DNA from: an uncultured Fibrobacteraceae bacterium
GTDB taxonomy: Bacteria; Krumholzibacteriota; Krumholzibacteriia; LZORAL124-64-63
Reading direction: 5' to 3'
DNA: 64,000 bases
Assembly (NCBI GenBank): GCA_964389015.1
Contig: CAYMCR010000003.1
Coordinates: 43,604 to 107,603, forward strand
Below the pieces are notes generated by a model. It did not search any database and was not told the DNA's origin. It saw only the letters and a list, made by a program, of their open reading frames with translations. Shown here piece after piece: positions 1 through 9,623 of the stretch (positions within the stretch are counted from its first letter, which is position 1; each line of letters begins with the position of its first letter). The position numbers and the translations under genes are program-made.

Positions 1-2
1 GC

Positions 3-674
3 GAAATCAGCCAGGTCCCGCCGGTCATCTCGGCGTTGAAGCGGGGGGGGCGCCCCATGTACGAACTCGTCCGACGCGGCGGGGAAGTCCCGGAACTGAC
101 CGGCAGACCGGTGTGCATCCACGATATCGGGACCTGCGGCGAGGCGCGGAGGCGCGCCGCACCGCACGGGGAGGTCTGTGACTTGGATTTACTGGTGCAC
201 TGTTCCAGCGGCACCTATATCCGTTCGCTGGCCCGGGACATTGCTGCGGCCCTCGGCACGGTGGGGCACGTGCTCGAGTTGCGGCGCACGACGATCGGTC
301 CTTTCGAGGTTGCGGAAGCCCTCGACGCAGCTAGAATGCATGATGCGGAGGCTCTGGTCGATGCTTTACGTCCGGCCGCCGAGGCGTTTCCGGAATGGCC
401 TGTGTTGGTCGTCACGGCCGACGAAGCCGCGGCTTTGCGCCAGGGCATCCAACCGGAGACAAAGTGGTTGGCGCGCCTGACGGCACCCCCCGAGACCCGG
501 CCGCCGGGGAAGGGGCACTTCCGCATGGTCGATGCGGCCGGCGACCTGGTGGCCGTCGGCGAACTGGTGAGCGCAAATGGCGATGCGAACGGCGGCCCGG
601 TATCGCCCCGCCTCGCCGCGGTCTTTCCGCCGTCACCCCGACAGAGCGAAGGGGATTCTGGATCGTGCGACTGA
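3..674 (+). CDS. truB: tRNA pseudouridine(55) synthase, 5'-truncated by window edge
   Basis: Frame open from base 3: EISQVPPVISALKRGGRPMYEL, then CSSGTYIRSLARD and LELRRTTIGPF, all TruB motifs; precedes ribF as usual. Confidence 0.95.
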   Translation, partial: EISQVPPVISALKRGGRPMYELVRRGGEVPELTGRPVCIHDIGTCGEARRRAAPHGEVCDLDLLVHCSSGTYIRSLARDIAAALGTVGHVLELRRTTIGPFEVAEALDAARMHDAEALVDALRPAAEAFPEWPVLVVTADEAAALRQGIQPETKWLARLTAPPETRPPGKGHFRMVDAAGDLVAVGELVSANGDANGGPVSPRLAAVFPPSPRQSEGDSGSCD

Positions 675-1753
675 TACGCTTGAGCAGCCGCTATATCACG
701 CGCATCCTGGAAGGCCTGGATCCCTGGCCCACGCCGGCTTTGGCCGACTGCTCGCTCGCGCTCGGTTCGTTCGACGGCTTGCATCTCGGCCACCAGGCTC
801 TCATCCGCGCCGCCGCAGAGGCCAAGCGTGCGGCGAGGCTCTCCCACAGCTGCCTTTTCACGTTCCGGGATCACCCGCGCCGTGTTCTGGACGCCGACCA
901 GCCACAGCTCCTCACTTCCTGGCGCGAAAAACTCAGCCTGCTGCGGGAGGCCCCCATCGACGCCGTCGTGGCGGCGGATTTCTGCCCCGTCCTGGCACGG
1001 CTCACCTACGCGGAATTCGTCGAGCGGTTCCTGGTCGATTTCCTGGGCATGCGCCACATGGTCGGCGGGCACGACGTACATCTTGGCTCCGACCGCGGCG
1101 GGAACGCCGAGACCCTGGCCGCCCTGGGCTGGGATTTGAGCTATGACTTCACCGTCGTGGAGCCGGTCTCCCTGCCCGACGGCAGCGTCATCAGCAGTTC
1201 GGCGGTGCGTACGCTGCTGTGTGAGGGAGACGTGGCGCAGGCCGGCGCCATGCTCGGACGGCCCTACAGCCTGTGGGGCGAGGTGGGCTACGGTTCCGGG
1301 AAAGGGGGCGGTCTGGGGTACCCGACCGCGAACATCGATCCGCTGGACACCGCCAAGATGCTGCCGGCGCCGGGCGTCTACGCGGTCCGGGTCCACCTGC
1401 CCGCGGACGTGATCACCGCCGAGAATCGTTCCGGCCAGCTCGAGAGCGCGCGGGGCATGTTGCCGGAGGTGGACAGGTGGGGGGATCCGCTCGCCGTCCC
1501 CGGCACGGCCCGGGGCGTCTACGCGGGCATGCTCAACCACGGGCGCGCCCCGACGGTTCACCAGGGCGGTCTGCCGACGCCGCGTCTGGAGGTTCACATC
1601 CTCGATTTCAGCGGGTATATTAGGGAACGTAGCTTGAAGATCGAATGGATCGCCCGCTTGCGGGACGAGCAGACTTTCGACACCGTGGATGCGCTACGCG
1701 CACAACTGCGCGACGACGAACAGGCCGTGCGCGAGACACTGCGGACACCTTGA
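665..1753 (+). CDS. ribF: Bifunctional riboflavin kinase/FAD synthetase
   Basis: GSFDGLHLGHQ (HxGH), ISSSAVR, LGYPTAN, LEVHILDF, RLRDEQTF; start placed at GTG 665 overlapping the truB stop (ORF track start 395 is an overextension). Confidence 0.95.
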   Translation: MRLIRLSSRYITRILEGLDPWPTPALADCSLALGSFDGLHLGHQALIRAAAEAKRAARLSHSCLFTFRDHPRRVLDADQPQLLTSWREKLSLLREAPIDAVVAADFCPVLARLTYAEFVERFLVDFLGMRHMVGGHDVHLGSDRGGNAETLAALGWDLSYDFTVVEPVSLPDGSVISSSAVRTLLCEGDVAQAGAMLGRPYSLWGEVGYGSGKGGGLGYPTANIDPLDTAKMLPAPGVYAVRVHLPADVITAENRSGQLESARGMLPEVDRWGDPLAVPGTARGVYAGMLNHGRAPTVHQGGLPTPRLEVHILDFSGYIRERSLKIEWIARLRDEQTFDTVDALRAQLRDDEQAVRETLRTP

Positions 1754-1774
1754 ACCCGACCAGAAGGGAACGGC

Positions 1775-2653
1775 ATGGCCAGCATTAGAAAGGGCATCGT
1801 GTTGGCGGGGGGGGCCGGCACGCGTCTCTACCCGTTGACCAAGGTGGCCTCGAAGCAGTTGCAGCCAGTCTACGACAAGCCGCTCATCTACTACCCGCTC
1901 TCGACCCTGATGCTGGGCGGCATCCGCGATATCCTGATCATCTCCACACCGGAGGACACGCCGCGTTTCAAGGATCTGCTCGGCGACGGGAGCCGGTGGG
2001 GCATGAAGTTCACCTACATCGTCCAGCCCAAGCCGGCGGGCATCGCCCAGGCATTTCTGATCGGCGAGAAGTTCCTGGCCGGTGAGAGCGTGTGCCTGAT
2101 TCTGGGCGACAACATCTTCTACGGCCGAATGAACATGCACCGTATCATTGCCGAATTCGAGGGCGGGGCGCGCGTGTTCGGTTATCCCGTCCAGGATCCA
2201 CAGCGCTACGGTGTGGTCGAGTTCGATGCGGACGGGCACGTGCTCGGTATCGAGGAGAAGCCCGCTAATCCGCGCTCGCGTTTCGCGATACCGGGGCTCT
2301 ACTTATATGATGAGCATGTGGTGGAGTACGCCCGGGCCCTGCAGCCCTCCGCCCGGGGCGAATTGGAGATCAGCGATCTGAACAACGTGTATCTGGAACG
2401 GGGTGAACTGACGGTCGAGAAGCTCGGGCGCGGCATAGCCTGGCTCGATACGGGCACCCATAACAGCCTGCTCGAGGCGAGTCAGTTCATCGGCGCCCTG
2501 GAAGCCCGTCAAGGCCTGAAGATCGCCTGCCTGGAAGAAGTGGCCTATGGCCGTGGCTTTATCGACGACGATCAAATGGCCGCCCTGATCGAAGATACAC
2601 CACCATCGACCTATCGAGATTACCTTGAGAGGGTCTTCAAGGAGGGCCTGTAA
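1775..2653 (+). CDS. rmlA: Glucose-1-phosphate thymidylyltransferase
   Basis: GIVLAGGAGTRLYPLT, SKQLQPVYDKP, LILGDNIFYG, SARGELEI, AWLDTGT. Confidence 0.97.
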   Translation: MASIRKGIVLAGGAGTRLYPLTKVASKQLQPVYDKPLIYYPLSTLMLGGIRDILIISTPEDTPRFKDLLGDGSRWGMKFTYIVQPKPAGIAQAFLIGEKFLAGESVCLILGDNIFYGRMNMHRIIAEFEGGARVFGYPVQDPQRYGVVEFDADGHVLGIEEKPANPRSRFAIPGLYLYDEHVVEYARALQPSARGELEISDLNNVYLERGELTVEKLGRGIAWLDTGTHNSLLEASQFIGALEARQGLKIACLEEVAYGRGFIDDDQMAALIEDTPPSTYRDYLERVFKEGL

Positions 2654-3199
2654 GTGAAGGTGACAAAGGCCGATATCCCTGATGTTCTGATTCTGGAGCC
2701 ACGCGTCTTCACCGATGATCGCGGTTTTTTCATGGAAAGCTACAATGCCCGCGACTGGCGTGAGGCCACCGGGTTGGATACGGTTTTCGTGCAGGACAAT
2801 CATTCCCGGTCCCATCGTGGCGTGGTCCGGGGCTTGCATTACCAGATCGAATCGGTACAGGGCAAGCTGGTGCGCGTGGTGCACGGAGAGATCTACGACG
2901 TGGCGCTGGACCTGCGCCGCGGTTCTCCCACTTGCGGCCGCTGGACGGGCGTTCTGCTCTCCGCAGCCAACCAGCGGCAATGCTGGATCCCGGAGGGTTT
3001 CGCCCACGCGTTCATGGCGCTGTCGGAGACGGCGGACGTGCTGTACAAGGCGACGGCCTACTACGCACCGGAGCACGAGCGCAGCATTTGCTGGGATGAT
3101 CCGGATCTGGCCATCGACTGGCCGCTGCCTGCGGCCTCGACGATGTCTGACAAGGACCGCAGCGCCGTACCGTTCCGCGCGGCCGAAATGTTGCCCTGA
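2654..3199 (+). CDS. rmlC: dTDP-4-dehydrorhamnose 3,5-epimerase
   Basis: DDRGFFME, QDNHSRS, RGLHYQ, DVALDLRRGSPT, WIPEGFAH; GTG start abuts the rmlA stop. Confidence 0.96.
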   Translation: MKVTKADIPDVLILEPRVFTDDRGFFMESYNARDWREATGLDTVFVQDNHSRSHRGVVRGLHYQIESVQGKLVRVVHGEIYDVALDLRRGSPTCGRWTGVLLSAANQRQCWIPEGFAHAFMALSETADVLYKATAYYAPEHERSICWDDPDLAIDWPLPAASTMSDKDRSAVPFRAAEMLP

Positions 3200-3262
3200 G
3201 CCCGCAATCGGACCACGCACTTTCACGTACCGGCGGCACGCACCGCTCCAGAGAGGCTGACG

Positions 3263-3874
3263 ATGACCACACCGAAGAGCCGGAACATTACCTGGACCAA
3301 TGCTCCCATCAAGCGCGGCGAGCGCATCGAGCGCAACAAGCATCGCAGCGCCATCCTCTGGTTCACCGGTCTGTCCGGTTCGGGCAAGACCACCCTTTCG
3401 CGCCAGGTGGAGAAGGCACTTTTCGGGCGGGGTTGCCAGACCTACATCCTGGACGGCGATAATGTCCGCTTCGGCTTGAACCGGGATCTGGGTTTCAGTC
3501 CCGAAGACCGCACCGAGAACATCCGTCGCATCGGCGAGGTGGCCAAGCTGATGCTGGATGCCGGTGTCATCGTGTTGACGGCTTTCATCTCTCCGTACCG
3601 CACGGATCGTGACATCAACCGGGAACTGGTCGAGGAAGGGGATTTCCTCGAGATCTACACGAAGTGTTCGCTGGAGGAATGCGAGCGTCGCGATCCCAAG
3701 GGCCTGTACGCGAAGGCCCGCGCCGGGGAGATCTCGGATTTCACGGGCATCAGCGCCCCGTACGAGGAGCCGCTTCGTCCCGAGCTCGTGGTCGAGACAG
3801 ATGTCCACGACGAGGACTGGTGCGTCGAGCTGGTCATCGCGGAATTGGTCAAGCGGGGTATCCTCGACGTTTGA
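3263..3874 (+). CDS. cysC: Adenylyl-sulfate kinase
   Basis: [52 protein letters not shown]. Confidence 0.97.
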   Translation: MTTPKSRNITWTNAPIKRGERIERNKHRSAILWFTGLSGSGKTTLSRQVEKALFGRGCQTYILDGDNVRFGLNRDLGFSPEDRTENIRRIGEVAKLMLDAGVIVLTAFISPYRTDRDINRELVEEGDFLEIYTKCSLEECERRDPKGLYAKARAGEISDFTGISAPYEEPLRPELVVETDVHDEDWCVELVIAELVKRGILDV

Positions 3875-4013
3875 CCCGCGACGCATCGCGCGATGCGTGA
3901 ATCATTCGATGTAATTGCAATTATACCACGATGATATGCGATATGGTCATCTCATGAAGAGCGTGATCGCTCAAGTCCTCCCCGTCCAGGCCGAAAGCAG
4001 GCTCATATCCCGC

Positions 4014-4042
4014 TTGCCAGGTGTGCCCGCGTCGTCTATATT
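4014..4042 (+). promoter_or_regulatory. Putative sigma70 promoter for rpsO-pnp
   Basis: TTGCCA (4014-4019), 17-nt spacer, TATATT (4037-4042). Confidence 0.6.
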
Positions 4043-4043
4043 C

Positions 4044-4085
4044 CAGGGCGCGTCGGGGGTGCGGGGCTGAACGCCCTGCTTTTTT
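4044..4085 (+). terminator. Terminator-like hairpin with T-run
   Basis: CAGGGCG (4044-4050) pairs with CGCCCTG (4072-4078), followed by C and six T. Confidence 0.45.
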
Positions 4086-4104
4086 GTAGTGCCCGGCGAG
4101 CATA

Positions 4105-4184
4105 GCGGGTTGACGAGCCGAAAGGCAACCGAGTCCCGCCGACGGTGAACCAAGACATGTTCCGTCGGCAGGGCGTCAACCTGC
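4105..4184 (+). ncRNA. Candidate structured rpsO leader (S15-leader-like cis element)
   Basis: 11-bp stem 4105-4115/4174-4184 with one G-U, GCC-GAAA-GGC hairpin 4117-4126, perfect 8-bp stem 4138-4145/4162-4169; lies in the rpsO 5' UTR. Confidence 0.6.
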
Positions 4185-4223
4185 GGCCATCGTGACGTCG
4201 CAGGCAGAAGGAGGTTCTCGACG

Positions 4224-4493
4224 ATGGCATTTACGAAAGATCAGAAAGACCAGGTAATCGCTTCATTCAAGAAGCACGACAGCGACTCCGGCTCTCCGGA
4301 GGTGCAGATTGCGCTGCTGACCGCCCGCATCACGCATTTGACCGAGCATTTCAAGACCCACAAGAAGGATTACCATTCCCGCCGCGGTCTCTTGAAGATG
4401 GTCGGCCAGCGCAAGCGGCTGCTCAATTACCTGAAGAAGAAGGATCTCGACAGCTATCGCTCCCTCATCAAGGAACTCGGCATCCGCGGCTGA
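4224..4493 (+). CDS. rpsO: 30S ribosomal protein S15
   Basis: [38 protein letters not shown]; 89 aa; AAGGAGG SD. Confidence 0.99.
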   Translation: MAFTKDQKDQVIASFKKHDSDSGSPEVQIALLTARITHLTEHFKTHKKDYHSRRGLLKMVGQRKRLLNYLKKKDLDSYRSLIKELGIRG

Positions 4494-4670
4494 GCCACGG
4501 GTTTCTGCCGGGATTCAATTGAGACGATCGCGTGGAGAACGGATTCCGTGGGATGTGCGCGGCGTGGTGAACGTCTGCGGCGTCCCGGATGTTGGCCAGT
4601 GGCCATGTGAAGATGTGAAGAGTGGAAAGATCGAAAAACGCTGCAGCTGAAGCTGAAAGAAGGAAAAACA

Positions 4671-6851
4671 ATGCAAGCACACACTGTAACCCTGGCAATG
4701 AACGGTACCGAATTTTCCCTGGAAACGGGCCGCATGGCGCGGCAGGCCAACGGCTCGGTGCTCGTGGGTATGGGCGACACGCGCGCCCTGCTGACGGTCA
4801 CGGCCGCCAAAAAGGTCAGCGATCGCGACTTCCTGCCCCTGTTCGTCGAGTACCGCAACAAGACCTACGCCGCCGGTAAGATCCCAGGCGGATTTTTCAA
4901 GCGCGAGGCCCGTCCGAGCGAAAGGGAAGTCCTGTCCTGCCGCTTGATCGATCGGCCCCTGCGCCCCCTGTTTCCCGACGGCTATCGTTTCGCCACCGAC
5001 GTGGTCGCCTTCATCGTCAGCGCCGACGATGAGTTTCACGCCGATGTCCTGAGCATCACGGCCGCCTCCTGCGCCCTGAACCTGTCGGACATCCCGTTCG
5101 CCGAGTACGTCTCGGGCGTGCGCGTGGCCGAGGTCGAGGGCGACCTGGTCATCAATCCGAGCTTCGAACAGCTCGGCGCTTCGAACATGGACCTGGTCGT
5201 GGCCGGCACCGACGACATCATCTGCATGATCGAGGGTTCCTGCGAGGAGATCGGCGAGGAGCGCCTGCTCGACGCCATCGAGTTCGCCCACGAGTGGATC
5301 CGCAAGCTGAACGGTCTGCAGCGTGACCTGGTCGCCAAGGCCGGCGCCAAGGAGAAGTTCGCCGTCGAGGTCAAGGAACTGGACGAAGCCAAGATCGAGG
5401 CCGTCCGCGAATTCGTCGGCGACGAGCTGGACAAGACCGTGCGGATTTCCGCCAAGCTCGAACGCCAGGACGCCCTCTCGGCCCTGAAGACCAAGGTCGC
5501 CGAGCACTTCGCCGACGAGGACGGCGAGCCGGACAAGGAAGCCAAGACCATCTTCGGCAAGCTCGAGAAGGCGCTCATGCGCACCATGGTCGTCAAGGAG
5601 GGTGTGCGCGCCGACGGTCGCAACCTGACCACCGTGCGACCCATCACCATCGACCTGGGCCTGCTGCCCCGAGCCCACGGCTCCGCCTTGTTCACGCGCG
5701 GCGAAACCCAGTCCCTGGGAACGGTCACGCTGGGCACCAAGATGGACGAGCAGAAGATCGACGCCCTCGAGGGCGAGTGGTGGAACAACTACTACCTCCA
5801 CTACAACTTCCCGCCCTTCAGTGTCGGTGAAACCGGTCGCTACAGCGGCACCGGCCGTCGCGAGATCGGCCACGGCAAGCTGGGCGAGCGGGCCATCAAG
5901 CCCATCCTGCCCGAGCACGAGGACTTCCCCTACACGATCCGCATCGTGTCGGACATCCTCGAGTCGAACGGGTCCAGCTCCATGGCCACCGTCTGCTCGG
6001 GCTGTCTGGCTCTGCTGCAGGCCGGCGTGCCCATCAAGAAGTCCGTGGCCGGCGTGGCCATGGGCCTGATCAAGGAAGGCGACGACGTCGCCGTGCTGAC
6101 CGACATCCTGGGCGTCGAGGACCACCTCGGCGACATGGACTTCAAGGTGACCGGTACCCGTGATGGCATCACGGCCTTCCAGATGGACACCAAGATCGGC
6201 GGCATCACCCGCGAGATCATGACCCAGGCCCTGACCGACGCCCGCAATGCCCGTAACCACATTCTGGACGAGATGGATGCGGCCATTTCCAAGCCCGCCG
6301 ACGAGCTCTGCGCCTACGCGCCGAAGATCGCCACCATCCAGATCCCGCCCAAGAAGATCGGTGAGCTGATCGGCCCGGGCGGCAAGGTCATCAAGAAGCT
6401 CCAGGAAGAGACCGAGACCAACATCGAGATCAACGACGAGGGCATGGTCTTCGTGTCCGCTCCGGATCAGGCCAAGGGCGACGAGTGCATCGAGCGCATC
6501 CGCCTGATGATGACCGAGCCGGAGATCGGCGCGGTCTACACCGGCCGCGTGGTCTCGATCGTCGACTTCGGCGCCTTCGTGGAGTACCTGCCCGGCAAGG
6601 AAGGGCTGCTGCACATCTCGGAGCTCGAGCATTTCCGAGTCGGCAACGTCGAGGACGTGCTCACCCTCAACGATGATGTCGAGGTGAAGCTCGTGGAGGT
6701 CGACGGCCGCACCGGCAAGGTGCGCCTGAGCCGCAAGGCCCTGCTGCCCGTGCCCGAGGGTATGGAAGCCCAGCCCGCTAGCAGCGGTCGTGGTGGTCGC
6801 GGCGGGCGTGACCGCGGCGGCGACCGGCGTCCGCCCCGGCGGCGGCGCTAG
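4671..6851 (+). CDS. pnp: Polyribonucleotide nucleotidyltransferase
   Basis: DFLPL, KIPGGFFKRE, RAHGSALFTRGETQ, ESNGSSSMA, DHLGDMDFKV, KH (LIGPGGK) and S1 domains, RGG-rich tail. Confidence 0.99.
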   Translation: MQAHTVTLAMNGTEFSLETGRMARQANGSVLVGMGDTRALLTVTAAKKVSDRDFLPLFVEYRNKTYAAGKIPGGFFKREARPSEREVLSCRLIDRPLRPLFPDGYRFATDVVAFIVSADDEFHADVLSITAASCALNLSDIPFAEYVSGVRVAEVEGDLVINPSFEQLGASNMDLVVAGTDDIICMIEGSCEEIGEERLLDAIEFAHEWIRKLNGLQRDLVAKAGAKEKFAVEVKELDEAKIEAVREFVGDELDKTVRISAKLERQDALSALKTKVAEHFADEDGEPDKEAKTIFGKLEKALMRTMVVKEGVRADGRNLTTVRPITIDLGLLPRAHGSALFTRGETQSLGTVTLGTKMDEQKIDALEGEWWNNYYLHYNFPPFSVGETGRYSGTGRREIGHGKLGERAIKPILPEHEDFPYTIRIVSDILESNGSSSMATVCSGCLALLQAGVPIKKSVAGVAMGLIKEGDDVAVLTDILGVEDHLGDMDFKVTGTRDGITAFQMDTKIGGITREIMTQALTDARNARNHILDEMDAAISKPADELCAYAPKIATIQIPPKKIGELIGPGGKVIKKLQEETETNIEINDEGMVFVSAPDQAKGDECIERIRLMMTEPEIGAVYTGRVVSIVDFGAFVEYLPGKEGLLHISELEHFRVGNVEDVLTLNDDVEVKLVEVDGRTGKVRLSRKALLPVPEGMEAQPASSGRGGRGGRDRGGDRRPPRRRR

Positions 6852-6867
6852 CAGGCGGGTCTGAGCC

Positions 6868-8172
6868 ATGAACCTCGGTTCCTACTCGCACGAGGCACCG
6901 CCGAGGCGCGAAGTGCTGGACAACGGGGCGGTCGTTCTGACCGTCCCGATGCCCTCCGCACATTCCGTGGCCCTCGGCGTCTGGTTGAGACGCGGCAGCC
7001 AGGATGAGCCGGTCGGTCTCGGCGGCCTGGCGCACTTCCTGGAACATATGGTCTTCAAGGGGTCGCTCACCCGGAGCGCCTTCGAGATCGCGTGTCTCTT
7101 CGACGGCATCGGGGCCTCGGTCGACGCTTTCACCACCAAGGATCACGTCGGGTTCATCGTCAACGTGCTGCCCGAGTATTTCGGCGAAGCCAGCGCGGCC
7201 CTCTCCGACATGTTGCTCCACCCGGCCTTCGACGAGGATCTGATCCTGCTCGAGCAGGAAGTGGTCTGCGCGGAGATCCAGGAGGCGCGCGACAATCCGG
7301 AGGATCTGCTGAACGACGCCTTCGTGGCGCGACTCTACGGCGACCATCCCCGCAGCCGTCCCATCTTGGGCTCGCACGAGACCGTACGCACCTTCGACGC
7401 CGAACTCCTGCGACGCGAACACGCGGCGCTGTTCACGGGACCGAACCTGGTGATCTCGGTCGCCGGCAACTTCAGCGAGAAAATGCGCCGCAGCGTACTC
7501 GAGCATTTCGGCCCCGGGTCCCTGCCGGCCGAGCGACCATCGCCTGTCCGACCCGTCCCACACGATACGTCTTACGCGGCAGTCAGCGAGGTCATGGCCG
7601 ACGCCCGGCTGCACGACCGAAGGCTGGACATACCGAGCCCGCTCCAGCAGTGTTACTTTGAGATCGGCAACTTGGCGGTTCACTACCGCCACCCCGACCG
7701 GATCCCGCTCGGCATGCTGAGCAACGTCCTCGGGGGAGGGCTGTCGAGCCGGATCTTCCAGTCGGTGCGCGAGCGCGAAGGGCTGGCGTATTCGATCTAC
7801 AACTACACGGACATGGGACGGGAAGTCGGTCTCGTGAGCTGCGCGGGGTCGTGCTTACCCGAGAAGCGGAGCAAGCTGGAAGCGCTGGTCAGGGCCGAGT
7901 ATCAACGTCTGCTCGGTGGCGGCGTGTCGGACGAGGAACTCGACGGTAACCGGGCCCAGATCAAGTCGCAGCTCGTCTTTTCCCTGGAGGGCGTCACGAA
8001 CCAGATGATCCGCGCGGCCAAGGACGAGATCTACTACGGCCGTTTCCTGCCCGTGAGCGAACTGGTCGACCTCGTCGACGCCGTCGACGTGGATGCCATC
8101 ATGCGCTGCGCCGAACTCTACTTCGACCCGGACGGTCTCTTCACGGCCGTACACGGCCCCGTAGTCATCTAG
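6868..8172 (+). CDS. M16 family zinc peptidase (pitrilysin-like)
   Basis: Inverted zinc motif HFLEH, LGGGLSSRIFQSVREREGLAY; M16 peptidases commonly follow pnp. Confidence 0.92.
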   Translation: MNLGSYSHEAPPRREVLDNGAVVLTVPMPSAHSVALGVWLRRGSQDEPVGLGGLAHFLEHMVFKGSLTRSAFEIACLFDGIGASVDAFTTKDHVGFIVNVLPEYFGEASAALSDMLLHPAFDEDLILLEQEVVCAEIQEARDNPEDLLNDAFVARLYGDHPRSRPILGSHETVRTFDAELLRREHAALFTGPNLVISVAGNFSEKMRRSVLEHFGPGSLPAERPSPVRPVPHDTSYAAVSEVMADARLHDRRLDIPSPLQQCYFEIGNLAVHYRHPDRIPLGMLSNVLGGGLSSRIFQSVREREGLAYSIYNYTDMGREVGLVSCAGSCLPEKRSKLEALVRAEYQRLLGGGVSDEELDGNRAQIKSQLVFSLEGVTNQMIRAAKDEIYYGRFLPVSELVDLVDAVDVDAIMRCAELYFDPDGLFTAVHGPVVI

Positions 8173-8204
8173 CCACGATCGCTGACGACGACCCGAGGAG
8201 GGGG

Positions 8205-9566
8205 ATGGAGCGCAGGGGGCCCAAGAGGCAATTGCGGATCAGGCCCGGGTCGGCTTTCGTACTCGGTCTGGCCGCCGTGATCGTGGTGGGCACGCTGGCC
8301 CTCGCACTTCCCGCCGCCGACCCCGCGGGCAAACCCGTACCGCTGCTGGACGCGCTGTTCACCGCGACGTCGGCCGTCTGCGTCACCGGTCTGATCGTGA
8401 GGGATACGGCCGTCGATTTCACGCCGTACGGACAAACCGTGATCCTGGTCCTGATCCAGTTGGGGGGGCTGGGCATCATGTCCGTGGCCGGTACGGTCTC
8501 CCTGCTGCTGGGCCGCGGCATCGGTTTGCGCGAATCCAGTCTGCTGCGCGAGCTCTTCGAGGGACAGGTGCTGCGGGAATCCCGGCAGATTATACGCTTC
8601 GTCGCCGGCTTCACCTTCATCGCCGAGATTCTAGGCACCGCCGCGCTCTACGTCGGCCTGGCCGACAGCATCCCCGAACGGGGCGCTCGTCTTTGGCATG
8701 CCGCCTTCCACGCGGTATCCGCCTTCTGCAACGCCGGCTTCTCACTCAATTCCGACTCGCTGGTTTCGCAGGCGGGCGATCCGCTGGTGGTGGGCACGGT
8801 GGCCGGGCTCCTTATCGTGGGCGGCCTGGGCTTTCCCGTCGTGGCCAACCTGCGCGGCTGGACGCTGGGTCGGGCGCGTCGCGAACGCGTTCGTCGTCGT
8901 CTGTCCGTCCAGGCGCGCATCGTGCTGTTGGTGACGGCGATCCTGCTGATAGGCGGCACGATGCTGCTGGCCGCGCTGGAGTGGCGCGGCGCGCTTGCCG
9001 GCGAAGGGGTCATCGGCAAGCTCGGCCTGGCATTCTTCCAGTCGGCCACCGCTCGCACGGCCGGTTTCAACACGATGGATCTGGCGAGTCTGTCCAGCGC
9101 CTCCCTGCTGGCCATCGTCGTCCTGATGTGCGTGGGCGCCGCTCCCGGCTCCACGGCCGGCGGCATCAAGCTGACGACGGTCGCGGTGCTATGGGCCAAC
9201 CTGAGGGCGATCGCGGCGGGAGGACGTGCGCCGCGTCTCTTCAATCGCGAGATCGGCGCCTTGACGGTGCGTCGCGCCTTCATGATCCTGACCACCTGGA
9301 TCACCACCCTGACCGTCGCGCTCTTCGTGCTGCTCGTGACCGAAGGCCGCGGCTTGACCGAGACGCTGTTCGAAACGGCGTCGGCCATGGGTACCGTGGG
9401 CCTGTCGCTCGGCTTGACCCCGGAGCTTTCCGGACCGGGCCGGGTGGTGGTCGTGCTGCTGATGTTCCTGGGCCGCCTGGGTCCCCTCGCCGTGGCGTAC
9501 GGACTCGTGCGCCCCGCACGCGAGCACGCTGTCCGTTACGCCGAGGCCGACCTGCTCGTGGGGTGA
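8205..9566 (+). CDS. TrkH/KtrB-family K+ uptake membrane subunit
   Basis: Four pore-loop glycines: TSAVCVTGL, SAFCNAGF, TARTAGF, SAMGTVGL; MFLGRLGP. Confidence 0.93.
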   Translation: MERRGPKRQLRIRPGSAFVLGLAAVIVVGTLALALPAADPAGKPVPLLDALFTATSAVCVTGLIVRDTAVDFTPYGQTVILVLIQLGGLGIMSVAGTVSLLLGRGIGLRESSLLRELFEGQVLRESRQIIRFVAGFTFIAEILGTAALYVGLADSIPERGARLWHAAFHAVSAFCNAGFSLNSDSLVSQAGDPLVVGTVAGLLIVGGLGFPVVANLRGWTLGRARRERVRRRLSVQARIVLLVTAILLIGGTMLLAALEWRGALAGEGVIGKLGLAFFQSATARTAGFNTMDLASLSSASLLAIVVLMCVGAAPGSTAGGIKLTTVAVLWANLRAIAAGGRAPRLFNREIGALTVRRAFMILTTWITTLTVALFVLLVTEGRGLTETLFETASAMGTVGLSLGLTPELSGPGRVVVVLLMFLGRLGPLAVAYGLVRPAREHAVRYAEADLLVG

Positions 9567-9623
9567 GACGGTCGAGTTGTATTCGGCCCGTTCCGAGCGA
9601 GCCGGGTCGGAGGAGGATTTGAT

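Noticed and set aside
4515-6869. 784-aa antisense ORF over pnp, and similar long shadow ORFs (2303-3886, 17757-19295, 22776-24764, 28889-30670, 46542-48098, 62197-63939)
   Set aside because: They mirror well-supported genes, have no recognisable motifs, and are expected from stop-codon scarcity at high GC
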